This document shows positions 38,836 through 51,751 of a stretch of 64,000 nucleotides of DNA, piece after piece. Source of the stretch: Parasitella parasitica NRRL 2501 (Eukaryota > Fungi > Mucoromycota); the NCBI GenBank assembly GCA_025201805.1, contig MU619383.1, positions 3,968 through 67,967 of the forward strand, in the 5' to 3' direction. The notes under the pieces are model-generated. The model was not told where the DNA came from and searched no databases. It saw only the letters and a program-made list of their open reading frames with translations. A program made the translations under genes and the position numbers. The first letter of the stretch is position 1, and each line of letters starts with the position of its first letter.

Positions 38836-40196
38836 GGATGGTTTTTACTCTACTAAAAGATGATGAACGAATATTTGATGCTGGTAAAAGTAAAATGCCA
38901 CTCCTCCTGTCTAATAAGTCACATCTCGATTTCATCAAATCCATGGATTTTGTTACAAAACGTTGAAGCATTGTCTGAGCGCGCATTTCAGATCCTTTAA
39001 GCCCATAATTTGTGTTCTATTTCTGATATATCGCAAGTGCACTTGAAAGAAATCGCTTTCTATAATCTCATTAACCTTTCCATGCAAAACTTTTGCTTAC
39101 TGTAAAATTTTATGAATTAGGATCTGTAGCGACTCAACTGGAGTGTTCTAGAGATTAAACTACTAATAGTCAGTAGGATCAAGATATAAGTTATTAAAAT
39201 CCTGCCGAATGCTTAAAGTCAAAAAGCGCTTTTAGAATATCGACTTTTTAGGCTATAAGCAAAGCTTTGATTAAGAAATTTGGTTTTGATTTGCATATTA
39301 CCAACGGTATCTGATGCAAAAAAGAAACAGCTAAAATTTTGCTAGCAAAAGCTAACATGTTTTTTTTTACTTTAATAACGCAGTTTCGGTTCGAGCCCTA
39401 CATTGAACTAGCTCGATTGATCTTTTTTCTAAAGTTTTGAAAACATAATATAGTACATAAAATGTGCATCAGAATCCACAACTCTTTTTAATAAAGCAAC
39501 AAAAGTTTTAGGGACATTGGTTATGGTTACATTTTTAATGCTGTAAATTTGCGCAGTATTAGCGTTCTGTAGAAAGATGTGTGAGTGAAGTATGCATCAT
39601 GAAATTGACATGATTATATATAACGCTTATACGAGGATGTGGTTTATTTGTAATTAGCGCAAGCACACGCATAACGTACACATTAGAATGTAAACAAATC
39701 AACATCATTCGTAAATTCAGTAAAATCCAACAGCGGAATGAAAGCAAACTCAAAGAGATGCAGACATTTATTTCATAGACAAGCTGTGTAACTAAGAGGG
39801 TACGTTTATTGTAGATGTCAATTTGCTTCAGCACTGTATCCATAATAAAAGAAAATATTAACTATATTTGACTCTGTATCATGTATGGACAAGCTTTCTT
39901 TGTGATCCTACCTTGTATGAGTAGACTTTTTGTTGTTGTTGCTGTAACATTTGGTGAGGCTCCTTCTTTGTTTTTTGTGATACCCAACAACCTTCTTTTT
40001 TAAATCATCTGCTCCCCTCCCCCCCTTTTTTCTTCCCTCTTTTTCCTTTCCGTCTCTCACCCATTCTATTTCTGCTATCGGCTGCTTGCTATAATTTATA
40101 TATAATTTCTATTTACTGTAAATTTTCATAATAGATATATCTTTTCTGGTTTTTTGTGCAAAAAAAAAAAAAAAAAAAAAATCAAATACTGTAACC

Positions 40197-41612
40197 ATGA
40201 CAACCACTTCCATTCTTTCGGAACGTCAAAAAGATGAACTGTGAGTAACAAAAATTCATATAAAGCGAAAGAAACTAATGAATATTACAGACATAAAGCT
40301 ATACTGGATTATCTGAATACATGTGGATTCAACCAGGCATTTCTTGCTTTAAAAAATGAGACCGAAAATGATGATTTTGTACCAGATTCCAAGCAAAAAT
40401 ATGCTGGATTATTGGAAAAAAAGTGGACATCTGTGATTCGATTACAAAAAAAGGTACCAAAAAAAAAGGGAACACGCACAACCCTATACTCATATACATA
40501 TACAATAGATCATGGAACTGGAGACAAAAACGACACAAATGCAGGAGGAATTAAACAATGCTCCTACACGTAAGCTAACTAGCTCAGTTGATTGGATACC
40601 TAGAGCACCTGAAAGACACTCATTAATGGGTCATCGTAATCCTATCACACGCGTTGCGTTTCATCCTACTTATCAAGTACTTGGATCTGCATCGGAAGAC
40701 ACAACCATCAAAATTTGGGATTCTGACTCTGGAGAATATGAAAGAACGCTGAAAGGTCATACAAAAGCAGTACAAGATATTGCATTTGATTCAAAAGGCA
40801 ATCATCTTATATCATGTTCTGCTGATTTGACTATTAAAGTATGGGATACAAACAACGACTATAAATGTATTCGCACTCTACACGGTCATGACCATAGCGT
40901 GTCTTCGGTTGCTGTTATTCCAGAAAAAGATATTATTGTGTCTGCTTCTCGCGACAAAACTATAAAATTGTGGGAGATGGCATCTGGATATTGCGTCAAG
41001 ACATTAATAGGCCATCTTGACTGGGTGAGAAGTGTGTCTCCCAGTGAAGATGGATTATTGCTGGTCAGTTGCTCTAACGATCAGGTAAATCTACATTGGT
41101 AATATTTCAAACTGATAATCTAAATGTCAAAAAATTAGACTGCCCGTGTTTGGGATATCCAAAAGGGAGAAACCAAAATGGAATTTAGAGGTCATGAACA
41201 TGTTGTCGAATGTGCTATATTTTTGCCAGTGATATCGTACCCATTTGTATGGGAATGGTTGGAGCTAAATGTGAAATTAAGTAAAGATCAAGCTATGCCT
41301 GGACAATACATCATTACTGGATCTAGAGATAAAACGATCAAATTGTGGGATGCTGCGTCAGGACAGCTGCTAAGCACTTTGGTGGGTCACGACAACTGGG
41401 TGAGAGAAATTGTTGTACATCCTAGTGGTAAATATCTCGTTAGTGCATCTGATGACAAGACGATGAAGATATGGGATTTAAAGAGTGGAAGGTGTATAAA
41501 GACGATTGAGGCACACTCGCATTTTGTTACATGTCTCTCCTACTGCACAACCACACCGCTGGTTGCCACTGGCAGTGTTGATCAATCAATTAAAATTTGG
41601 GGATGTCGATAA
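40197..41612 (+). CDS. PAC1: Dynein regulator LIS1/NudF/Pac1
   Basis: LisH motif [32 protein letters not shown], and WD40 repeats. Confidence 0.95.
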
Positions 41613-41651
41613 ATACACATATATTTAAATAAAATAAGTGATGGTAATAAT

Positions 41652-43255
41652 TTATATTTTGACCGCAGCCCAGAATGCACAATCATATACATATTTTAGC
41701 ATGCCATCTGGATTTGATGTATAAGTTGTAGATACCATAGATTCCTTTTTAATGTCAAATCCAGTCTTTTTGGCTACGGCTTTGACCTGCTCGAGACTCA
41801 ATTCAATAGAGGCATCGCCAGAAGAAGAGTCTTCAAAATGATACAAAAGAGGCCCTGATAAGCGAATATGTGTAAATGTTAAAAATAATGTCGTAAGTTT
41901 AATGCCTATATAAATATATATACCAATATTGATCCATGTGCCGTTTTGTTTCAATGTCTTATGAATAACTTCCATGTATTCCAGTATGTTTTTGGCGGTG
42001 TCTATGAAAAAACATGTAACCACCACATCCCATGCCTGCTTGTTATTCTCTTGAGAGTACACTTCGATAAAATCACCAGCGACCATGGAAAAGTCTACAG
42101 TATCCAAGAGATTAGCAGGCAGCATATCAGGGATCAGGACTGGATCCAATTGCTTTTCATCCGACTTGATATTTGAATTTGAATGAATAAACGGATAAAT
42201 TTTATATTCGTTTTCCATTTTGATTCTATTCAGGACGAAATGAGATGCAAACAGCTGTTTTGTCGGATTAGTTATGCAGAATGGTAATAATAAGTCTCCC
42301 TACATACCATGAAATATGAAAATTCATTTCCTGATAATTTCGTTTAGTTGTTATACTAGTAGTGTGGACCTGCATATAAAAAATCATATAATTACCTTGA
42401 CAACTAAACCCTACGACAGCATAATCAGATTTGCATGATAATTAAAAAAAAAAATGATACTGATATACACATACCTGCTTTGGCAATATCAAACGCCAAT
42501 CTACCTAATCCTGCGCCAGGTACCAGCACACGGATAGCGCCTCTTTTTTTAGTTATATGTTTGTTAATTCACCATGTAGGTCATTCAGCGTTTCAAATCT
42601 AATTTAGGGTGATTACCTCTCATGAATTGGCAAATCCTTATAGATCGCATTCAACTCTTGTATGATGGGATCATAAGTTGCCCTCCGCTCACACTCTCCC
42701 TATCAAAAAAGACAACTCTTTAAAGTTAGATGATATCATGTCCTGTTTTCCCAAATCAAATCATACCTCTTTGGACCAGTCTCGAACAAACTGCTTTAAT
42801 GTGCTTCTCACTTTATCCATGTCCATAGGAGAAACAGGAGGATTTTGTTGGTTCTAAAGTCACATCATGTTTGTTGGTTATTTCGGCAAACATGCGTAAT
42901 TAAAAAAAGGCTATGTTACGTTGGAACCCTGCTCTTGCTCATCTGCATCTTCTGTGAACATGCTGGCGCTTTTCACAATGGCACGAATTAGCTTCATGTT
43001 CTCTTCAATTCGACCGTCTACTTGATTGACTTTTTCCAGGTAGTCTGGAATTAGCTTTTTGTGATGCTCTGGAAGCGACAGGTAATCGCGTCTTCTTCTA
43101 TGATTATGGTTGAGCGAATGACGTCTGTAGTAGGCAAATGCAGTAATCACTTTGATAAGATGTAGTTGTTCTGCCTGGATAGGATCATGACTATCGGCTT
43201 GGTCATGACTGTGGTTGTGGTGATGATTCTCATTATGCTGATGTTGGTGTCCCAT
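41652..43255 (-). CDS. CARNMT1: Carnosine N-methyltransferase (N2227 family)
   Basis: DMDKVRSTLKQFVRDW, VLVPGAGLGRL, QGNEFSYFM, AGDFIEVY, TCFFIDTAKN and WINIGPLLYH. Confidence 0.92.
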
Positions 43256-43943
43256 CTCTTTTTTTTTTTTTTTTGGCAGCAGGGAAAAACAAAAAGAGAG
43301 AGGGGGTGGGCTCGAGTCAGGGAGGGACAGAGGAGATAAAATTATTTCACAGGCCAAAGATAATACAGTATTTTACTGACATGATCTTTAGATGTTTCGA
43401 ATCGCTTCGTCACCAAGCCACAGTGTATTCAATAGCATTTTAAAACAAAAAAAGAGGGGTTAAGGAATCCGTTGTTATTATTTTACCTTGATTCAGGAGC
43501 GAGGAAAACATCAAAAAAGATAAAAAAGATTAGAGAGAATGCAGATATCATGCAAATCGGTTGCATTCATACTTTTTTCCTCTTAATTTCACTTGTGTCG
43601 TTTATTCATAATTCACATGTCAAGATGTAATCGATGCTGTGTTATGTGTATCATACTTTTTTTTTTTTATGTATGTGTAATGTTACAATAAAACGAAACA
43701 TTAAAAGTATACAAAATAGATAGATACCGTATGTGATTAACAGGCATTACAAGGCACTCCGCGCAACTTTCATATCAACAATTGGCGCGTGATATTCTTG
43801 TATAAACGGGCCCATAATAATCATAATAAAAACAAGTAAGCAAGTGTATATAAATAGTAAGAAAGTACTTTTTTTTTCTTTCTCTCTCTCTCACTTACCC
43901 TCTCACTGCTTTACCTGCTAGCTGTATTCCTTTGCCACCCAAC

Positions 43944-44584
43944 ATGTCTGTTTTAAACGTCTGTACAACGGAGATGGATCGATATAGACACCATCAGCAT
44001 CAGAGAATTTCTTCTATATATCATCGATTCTACCCAATGTCGAATGACGATATGAGTTCATACACATCTTCATCCAAAAATTCCTCATTTGAAGTCATAT
44101 TTTCAAGGCTATTAGATGCTCTTATTTTCACATCAGCCATTGCAATTACAGCATACAGCTATCTCACAGGTACATTGCTTGATCAGCCGGCTTCCTATGT
44201 TGAGGCTCCTCCAAAACCCATCATGAAAAAAATTACTACAAAAAATATAGAAGACTCGAAGAGAAGAAGAACCCATATGTGGGCGGAACAGCAGATCTTG
44301 AATCAGCCCATTGTATTAGCTGGTGTTGCAAAAGCTAAAAAGAAGAGATCAACCTCCAGCTCGCACATCAAGGTAATAACTTTGCAGTGTGATACACATG
44401 GCCGCACACAGGCTAATCCTTTTCATTTTAGGTTCAACCACTTGATCTGGACATGAAACGCGAAAAGAAGAGAACACAATCTCTGCCCTCAAAACCAGTA
44501 GAAAGAGAAGATGAAATCATTTCTCAAATACAATCCCTCATTCAACTTGGTCAAGATGCCTTATCGAGTCCTGTAAATTATTAA
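43944..44584 (+). CDS. Hypothetical fungal protein with one hydrophobic segment (intron ~44372-44431)
   Basis: Hydrophobic LLDALIFTSAIAITAY segment. Spliced end IQSLIQLGQDALSSPVNY*. Confidence 0.7.
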
Positions 44585-46109
44585 CCTCTCTTTTTGTGCA
44601 TGTAAATTTTTCAAATTATTGTAATATCCCCCTTTCTTTTTTATGCTACTCTTCTCTCCTCTTTTCAATATCAAACAACATAACTACATGTCAACAAATC
44701 AACAAATCACATTAAAAACAAAGCTACTTTTATATACGCATATAAGTCTATTATCACCACACACAACATATTGTATAAGCACCTCGTAGTTTGTTTAGGG
44801 CTCAATAGTAATTTGTAAAAAATACATTGTCGTTTTCCTTATTATTTTTATTATTATCATCATTCATAAAACCATCAAGTTTAAATAAAGTATGCATACA
44901 TTTGGTTAGAGTAACGCACAACGAGCTATTCCGGTAAATTTTTGGATACTCAACATGGCTTGAATTAAAGTTTACATGCTAGATTCCAATGCTATTCTCA
45001 AATGATCTGGCAATTCTTTTTTGCTCAGCTTCATACTCACGGAAATCTCGTCTTTTGAAGGATTTGCCAAGATTTTTAGATTAAAACAATCTTGTAAAAA
45101 AAATCATATACAATTTTGGAAAAACGTATTCTTATTCATTAGATAAGTAATAAAAAGTCATCATATAAAGAGGATGACAATAAAAATATACAATAAAAAA
45201 AAATTGCTAGTGATTAGACTATTTGTATGTACAGCAATTAAAAGCTGTAGGAAATTGTAGGTCAAGTAAATAGCATAAAGCTGTTGTAGGTAGATTTTAT
45301 TAAGCTCTTTAGTTTCCGTGATAACTATCCCCTCATTTCTTGTGTAACTTATCTGAAGAACGATTTATTCGACTTTTTGAATAAGAAATCGGTCCATTTA
45401 TAGAGCTTATATAAATAGGTGGCCTTTTCCGTACGATCAAGACGTTTGTTTGGCTTGGCAAGCAAGTAAGGTTTCCGGATTTTCCCCGGATTCACCAAAA
45501 CATATTCTGGTACTGTTGAAACCTTGATTATATAAAATGTCGTATACTACCTATTAACTTGAAAATCTCCAACAGAGATGCTAACCAAAAGCCATTTAAA
45601 GCCCCCCTTTTTTTTTACAATCCGGAAATGTTTTGTCTGCTTTTTTGGTAATTGTCTCTGCTTGCCTTACTGTTACTTTGCTTTTTTGTCTCTGAAGCTT
45701 TTTGAATTACTCCCTTGGCTCTTGCATCCATTGTATTCTCTTTTACTATTTTACTCTTCTCTTTTCTTCTTTATGAAAAGTCGTTCTACTTTCAAAACAG
45801 GAGCTGGTGCTCACTACTTTTATTCAACCCACATTTATATATTTCATACTATAAACCTCACAATTCTAACATTAATATGAGCATTCAGGACAGAAATACT
45901 GGCCATTTTAGAAAATGTTAATAAAGTTTGTATAGATAGTTAAACTTTATACACTATACCCTTTTTTTTTTCGAGTGTCCACTGTGTTGATCGTAATGCA
46001 CTTTGAGATTTTGTATTGAGCCTAATTTTTCAAATTCAACATAATACACCACTGAATGTTGTAAGTTCATCCCTTCTTTTTCTTTCCTGAATTTACTCCT
46101 CACACATAT

Positions 46110-47397
46110 ATGAAGCGTAAACATAAAGACGATCCACCAGATAGGAAAGGAAAGAGAGCTATAAGAAGTAAATATCTAACACATACGTTGTGAAAACAAT
46201 ATATGTCTTACTGTGTTTTATGTGCAGATTTGAATCACCAAAAAGAGGAGGCTGATTTGACAACACCAGGCATTCCCACCACCAACGATGCTTCGAGTTC
46301 AACAGCAAAGGCTTCTAGCTCAACAGAAAAGACTGCTAGCTCATTTAATGATATAGGTTCTTCTTCTAGCAAAACTCCTACTTTATCTAAGAAAGTCCAA
46401 CAGAAAGAAAACAAAAAAGTTGCTTTAAAGGAGTTCAAGAAACAAAACAAATCCAACAACCAATGCTGTGTCCTTCATGTAAGCAGACAGATCATGCAAA
46501 GTCTACCAGTTAACTCTGTCCACATCGAAAAGAAAAGAAGGTGGTTCAACACATGATGACGAAAAGGCAGAAGCTTTCACCATCAAGTCTTCACTTAAAA
46601 ACCACATGCACAAATACAACATTCATGAAATCAATTGACAACTTGGTGGAGTACGCTACCAAAATTACCAATATAGGCTGATTGTTTGCAAACTTTATCA
46701 TTCTGAAATGTGCAGATGCCAATGAAGATACGACAATCATTAGTCAAGGTTTTGTTTATGTTATGTTTTCTACCTTAGCAGGTAATGGGAGTAGGGCTCC
46801 TGAGTTCATCCGTCAATATTTTGAAGAGTTCAAAAATGCGTGCGAAGATTGACAAGCAAATTTTAAAATCATTGAAGTCTATTGGTTATGCGACTATTCT
46901 TTCCATTTCTGTCAAGTAGTATAAAACCCTTATCCGAAATCATGTTTGTGAAGACAACAACGAAAAACAACAATCCTTACTCCCGCCCTCCACCACTTGA
47001 TGGATCAGTTAAGGCAAATAAAATCATCATTGCCTATGGAGATGGAAGATTTTCACCTACCATGAGAGGCAAAAGATCTGGACCTACAAAGACTATCATA
47101 AAAGCTCTTCAAAAATGTAAGGAAAACCGTGGTGTTACAGTCCAAATGGTAGACGAATACCTCAACAGTCAAGTCTGCAACAACTGCAAAAAAAGAAATG
47201 TTGAAAACGTTGTGCAACGATCAGCAAAGCGAAAAGTACATTCTGTATTACAGTGTCAAGAAACCGCTTGTAGCTTGTAATATTACTGGAATCGCGATAT
47301 AATGGCTGCAAAAAACATCCTCGACATATTTTTACATGCAGCAAGAAACAATGACGCTCGTCTTTCACCATTCCAGCGTTCTGAATCAAAAGAATAA
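46110..47397 (+). pseudogene. Decayed, internally deleted Fanzor (eukaryotic TnpB-like RuvC nuclease) gene
   Basis: N-terminal CPSCKQTDH..S..CP knuckle and FTIKSSL segment. C-terminal IAYGDG, VDEYLNSQVCNNC (RuvC-II plus Zn finger), LQC...C, and WNRDIMAAKNI (RuvC-III). Has stops and frameshifts; RuvC-I not seen. Confidence 0.8.
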
Positions 47398-48468
47398 TTG
47401 CAAGCATTGTGTGTCATTGATATTACTCTTTGATACGCCATGGGTATTCGGTTTATCCTATACACCATTGCAGGTGAGTAAAATTGTCCAAAAAAAAAAA
47501 AGAAAGTATCATCCTCTCACCAATTTTCTTTTGGAAATTTTGTAAAATTAGCACCTCCGTTGGAGATGCTCTACAACACAGACCCAATAATGAGCTTACA
47601 AATATTGGCTATGATTGTACTGTAGTAGCTTGGGAGTGGGATGGCTCATTTGGCTACATCACTACAGAATTTGCTGTTGAATAATCTACGACCAAAAACA
47701 TTATGGATCGGTACCTTGAAACTGGATCGTTTTCCTTGCGAGCAGCTCCATAGTTTACCAAGTCTCAAAATATCAATATATCAAGGGAATGGGCTTCCAA
47801 CAATAAAAAATAACCAAAGCTCTGATTAAACGAGAAATAAGTGTAGAAAAGGCTTGCGTGATGCAAAGACAAGGAAGCAATAAACAGATGAGTATTGGAC
47901 CTCGATGATTTGGTGGGACGAGTCCATGTTCAGGCTGGAACAGAAGAATTACTATACGGTTATGGTTGCTATGTCGTAAAGTTTGATTCCTGAATATTTT
48001 AGAACTAAGCCCTTTTAGGATGTTGTATATCTGTTGCCTGATATATTGATCTAACAGTTTTCTATGTGAGGCCATCATTAGAGAAGCATCAGAAAGCTTT
48101 AGTCTTGTTCATCTGGAGACAATTCTTTCTTTACTGCTAACAAGATGTACTACTATAATTGCAGCTAAGGGAGGCAATACCTGATATTGACCTTTTTTTG
48201 ACAGTAAATCAATATGAGCTAAGATGCATTCATTTGAAGTTACAAAACGAGACCATCAGGTCTCAACTTTCAGTCATAATACGAGTGATAAGTCAAACTT
48301 AAATAATCTGTTGATGTCTTCACTAATCAAATAAGAAAAAGTATATAGCTTGTTGTCCAGTTCATCCATAACATCGTTTCAATATGTCCGAGATATCCAG
48401 AGGTGGGGAAGAGTTCTTTTTGTGGTAAGCCGACCGATAAAAATTATTATGCTCCAGCATTAGAGATA

Positions 48469-48948
48469 CAGTAGCCGCTCGATTTAAGGCTGTTCGATAT
48501 AAGGCTATTCACGATATAAGGCTAAAATTTTTGTGAATTTTTTTTTTAAGCAGGGAGTTAGCCTTATTAGCCTTATTCGATATAAGGCTGAAAAATTTCG
48601 AAATTTTAGCCTTATTTTACAGTAAATTGACGGTATTTAAATTTGTGTTGTGTTGGAAACTGAGCATTATGCTACAGATTTCGTACTTTTGCTCGATAGT
48701 GAGACGCTCTCTTGATTGTTGATTAATGCTCATAGTATAATTGTTTGTCAAAATATGCTTTTTTAAGAATAAAGAAGTAAATGGATTTGACTGGACATGT
48801 GTCAAATTAATCTAATAGCTGTAGTACCGTATCAACTATGCCGGTGACTGTTTTAAGAGTAATAGTCACATGCACGATATAAGGCTATGTTCGATATAAG
48901 GCTAAAAAAAGCTTGCAAAAAAAGTAGCCTTAAATCGAGCGGCTACTG
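48469..48948 (-). mobile_element. pogo/Tc1-mariner-derived MITE (480 bp), copy 1
   Basis: TIR CAGTAGCCGCTCGATTTAAGGCT, TA TSD on both sides, subterminal CGATATAAGGCT repeats, and residual transposase start MSINQQSRERLTIEQKYEIC. Confidence 0.93.
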
Positions 48949-49009
48949 TACTGATTCTATATATAATTGATAGGTTGATCAAGACAGCTTTAAAATCCTA
49001 GAACAAACA

Positions 49010-49440
49010 TCGATATGCCGGCTGCGCTGTTATTCTTGAAAGAAGGATTAATAACTATTCTGGGCTTGTTGAGGTTAAGGCCGAGTACAAGAAGAAAGAT
49101 GCAGTAGGCCTATATGAAGATTTATTGCGCTTATCACTATTTGGAGCAATTGGTCTCGAAGACAATGATACAAAGTGTATGTTGCTCATTCAAACAATAG
49201 GTAAAGTAAATCTTAAAATACTATCTATTATCCTTTTCATATTATGCTTACAAACATATAACATGATACAGGATCTTCTTTAACTGTATACGGTTGCGCT
49301 GAACATGCTAAAAGCCCAAAAATCATACTTGAGATCATGAACTTTAAACCCCCCCTATCTTTCCAAGAGTTACCAGGATTCACTGTGAAGCTGTATGAAC
49401 TGAAAAGGCTCGGTTACTTCTATCATGAAGCTGTATGAAA
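49010..49440 (+). pseudogene. Remnant of a Mucorales multicopy gene with PD-(D/E)xK-like motif
   Basis: GLVEVKAEYKKKD...EDLLRLSLFG...LIQTIG followed by a GT-AG intron. The upstream part is degraded and lies next to the MITE. Confidence 0.4.
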
Positions 49441-49852
49441 GAGATTAGAGACAATGAAACGCAAGAATTTGTTTTCTAATAGCATCGATTCGGATGAATT
49501 CATAAACAACGACACACCTAAAAGCTTTAAGTCACCCTTCCTCTCTCTAATAGGAATGAACCGCATGAATCAAACTTTGTTTTATAATATACAAATGTAT
49601 CGAGTTGCTATCATTATCATATAGATATCAGATTTTAGCTGGTAGCAGTATAAAAATGCCAAATAAATTGGGCAGAGTAAAAGATTAAAAATTGATCTGA
49701 TACGAGGGGTGTGTACCCAAGAACTAAAAATTTAAAGGGCCCATCGAAGGAAAGCAAGGAGATAGGCTGCCAAAAAAACATAGCCATCTCTTTTTTTTTA
49801 TTATATATTTTTTTTCCCACTGTGTAATTTGTATAAATATTAATTTTTATAC

Positions 49853-51727
49853 ATGAGTCGCATTCTTTTAAAACAATTCAACATTGTAGAAAGACGTTCA
49901 GTTTCTACATTGATCTTTACTAACAAAAGAGTTTTGCAACAACCTATTCGTTCCTTGAGCAACATGTCAGCAAACAGACGCTTAGCTATTACAAAGAACT
50001 GGCTCTCGTCACCACATCAATTGAAAAGTGTAACGGATCTCACCAACATTATGCACGCAATAGGTTGCTCTTACTAACCGCATCTACTTTACTTGCTTAG
50101 ATGTCAACTGTATCTTCTAGCGCAATTTCTGGAGTCGAAGCCACTCAAGTAATGATAGTAACAAGGAAATTCTGCAAACTGACATGATGATTGACGCTTT
50201 CTACTGTCGTTTAGGCTGAAGTCCTTTCCAAAAGCAACTTGGCAGTGCGTGAGCTTGTCTTGAATCGCCCCAAAAAATTGAATGCTTTAAATTTGAACAT
50301 GGTGCGTGCCATGACACCCGAACTTCAGGTAAGTCTTTTCACTGAGCCGTTGGAGCCGTTGGAGCCGTTGGAGCCGTTGGAGCCGTTTAACTCATCATAG
50401 CGTATGTAGGCGTGGGAAAAATCTGATTTAGCTAAAATCATCTTACTGAAGAGCTGTGGTGGCAAAGGTTTTTGTGCAGGGGGTGATGTTAAAAGTATAG
50501 TGTCCTAGGCTGAAATTTTTTAACCCACACGTCAACTAATGCACTGATATTCATTTAGCTGTTGTCGACTTGGCTGAAGCTGGCGATCCAAATGCCACAA
50601 AGTTCTTTGAAGATGAATACCAGTTGGATCATTTAATCGCTACCTTGGAGACACCTTTTGTCGCCATCATGGACGGCATTACCAGTAAGTGTTGGATGTG
50701 AGATAGGGTCTGCAAAGAGTTTGGTTTTGACAGGCTCTGAAAAATAGTGGGTGGTGGCGTTGGTTTGTCTGTTCACGCCCCCTTCCGTATTGCTACTGAA
50801 AAAACCTTGTTCGCTATGCCCGAAACTGCAATCGGGTTCTTGCCTGAAGTGGGTGGCTCCTTCTTCTTGTCTCGCTTGGATGGCCAATTGGGTGTTTATC
50901 TTGGTTTGACAGGTAAACGTCTCAAGGCCACCGATGTCTTGTATTCTGGAGTTGCCACTCATTTTGTGCCCTCATCTCGCATTCCTGCTCTCGAAGCTCG
51001 TTTATCCGAGCTTGACAATGCCACACACGATATTGTCAATCAGGCTATTGAGGAATTCTCGGCCGAATTAGATAACGAGCCTGCATTTTCCTTGTCTGGC
51101 GAGACCCGCAAAGTGATTGACCGCTGCTTCAAGTACGATACAGTTGGAGAAATCGTCGCCGCATTAGAAAAGGAGCCCGAGACCGAATTCACAAAGGAAA
51201 CCCTTGGTATGTTAAAGAGCATGTCACCCACGTCTCTCAAGGTTACATTGCAGCAAATCCGTAACGGCGCTTCTTTGAGCTTTGCTCAATGTTTCAAGAT
51301 GGAATATCATCTTGTGCAAAAGTTTTTGCAGGGTCATGATTTCAAGGAGGGCGTCAATGCTACTTTGGTTACTCGTAGCAAACCAAACTGGGTGCCTAAT
51401 CAATTGAGCGATATTGATGATACAAAGATCAAACAAACTTATTTTGATGCTCCTTCTCCTTTGCGTTTGGAGATGTTGAACAGCCGTGATTTTAAGAAAT
51501 ATCCTCACCGTAAATACATGCTGCCTTCTGAAGAAGACATCAAGCGTGTTGTCACTGGAGAAGCTGCTGACGTCGGTAACTACGCATTAAACCGTAGACA
51601 AGTCCTTGATCATTTGCTTAGAGAACGCCAAGGCAAGCAAGGCCTCAAGCAAAAGGTCTTGGAAGTCCTGGACCGTAAAACAGTGGAAAACAAAAAGGAT
51701 GGCGAAACTTTGAAATGGGTTTATTAA
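49853..51727 (+). CDS. EHD3: 3-hydroxyisobutyryl-CoA hydrolase, mitochondrial (multi-exon; start uncertain)
   Basis: LNRPKKLNALN, FCAGGDV, MDGIT.GGGVGLS, FAMPETAIGF, SPTSLKVT and DFKEGV. Confidence 0.92.
50344..50387 (+). repeat. 9-bp tandem repeat (GAGCCGTTG) about 5 copies, intronic
   Basis: Direct reading of the sequence. Confidence 0.9.
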
Positions 51728-51751
51728 AATAAAACTCTGCTTTTAATGTTT

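Noticed and set aside
48469-48948. CGATATAAGGCT repeats as a CRISPR-like array
   Set aside because: Spacing is irregular and they are subterminal repeats of a TIR element in a eukaryote.
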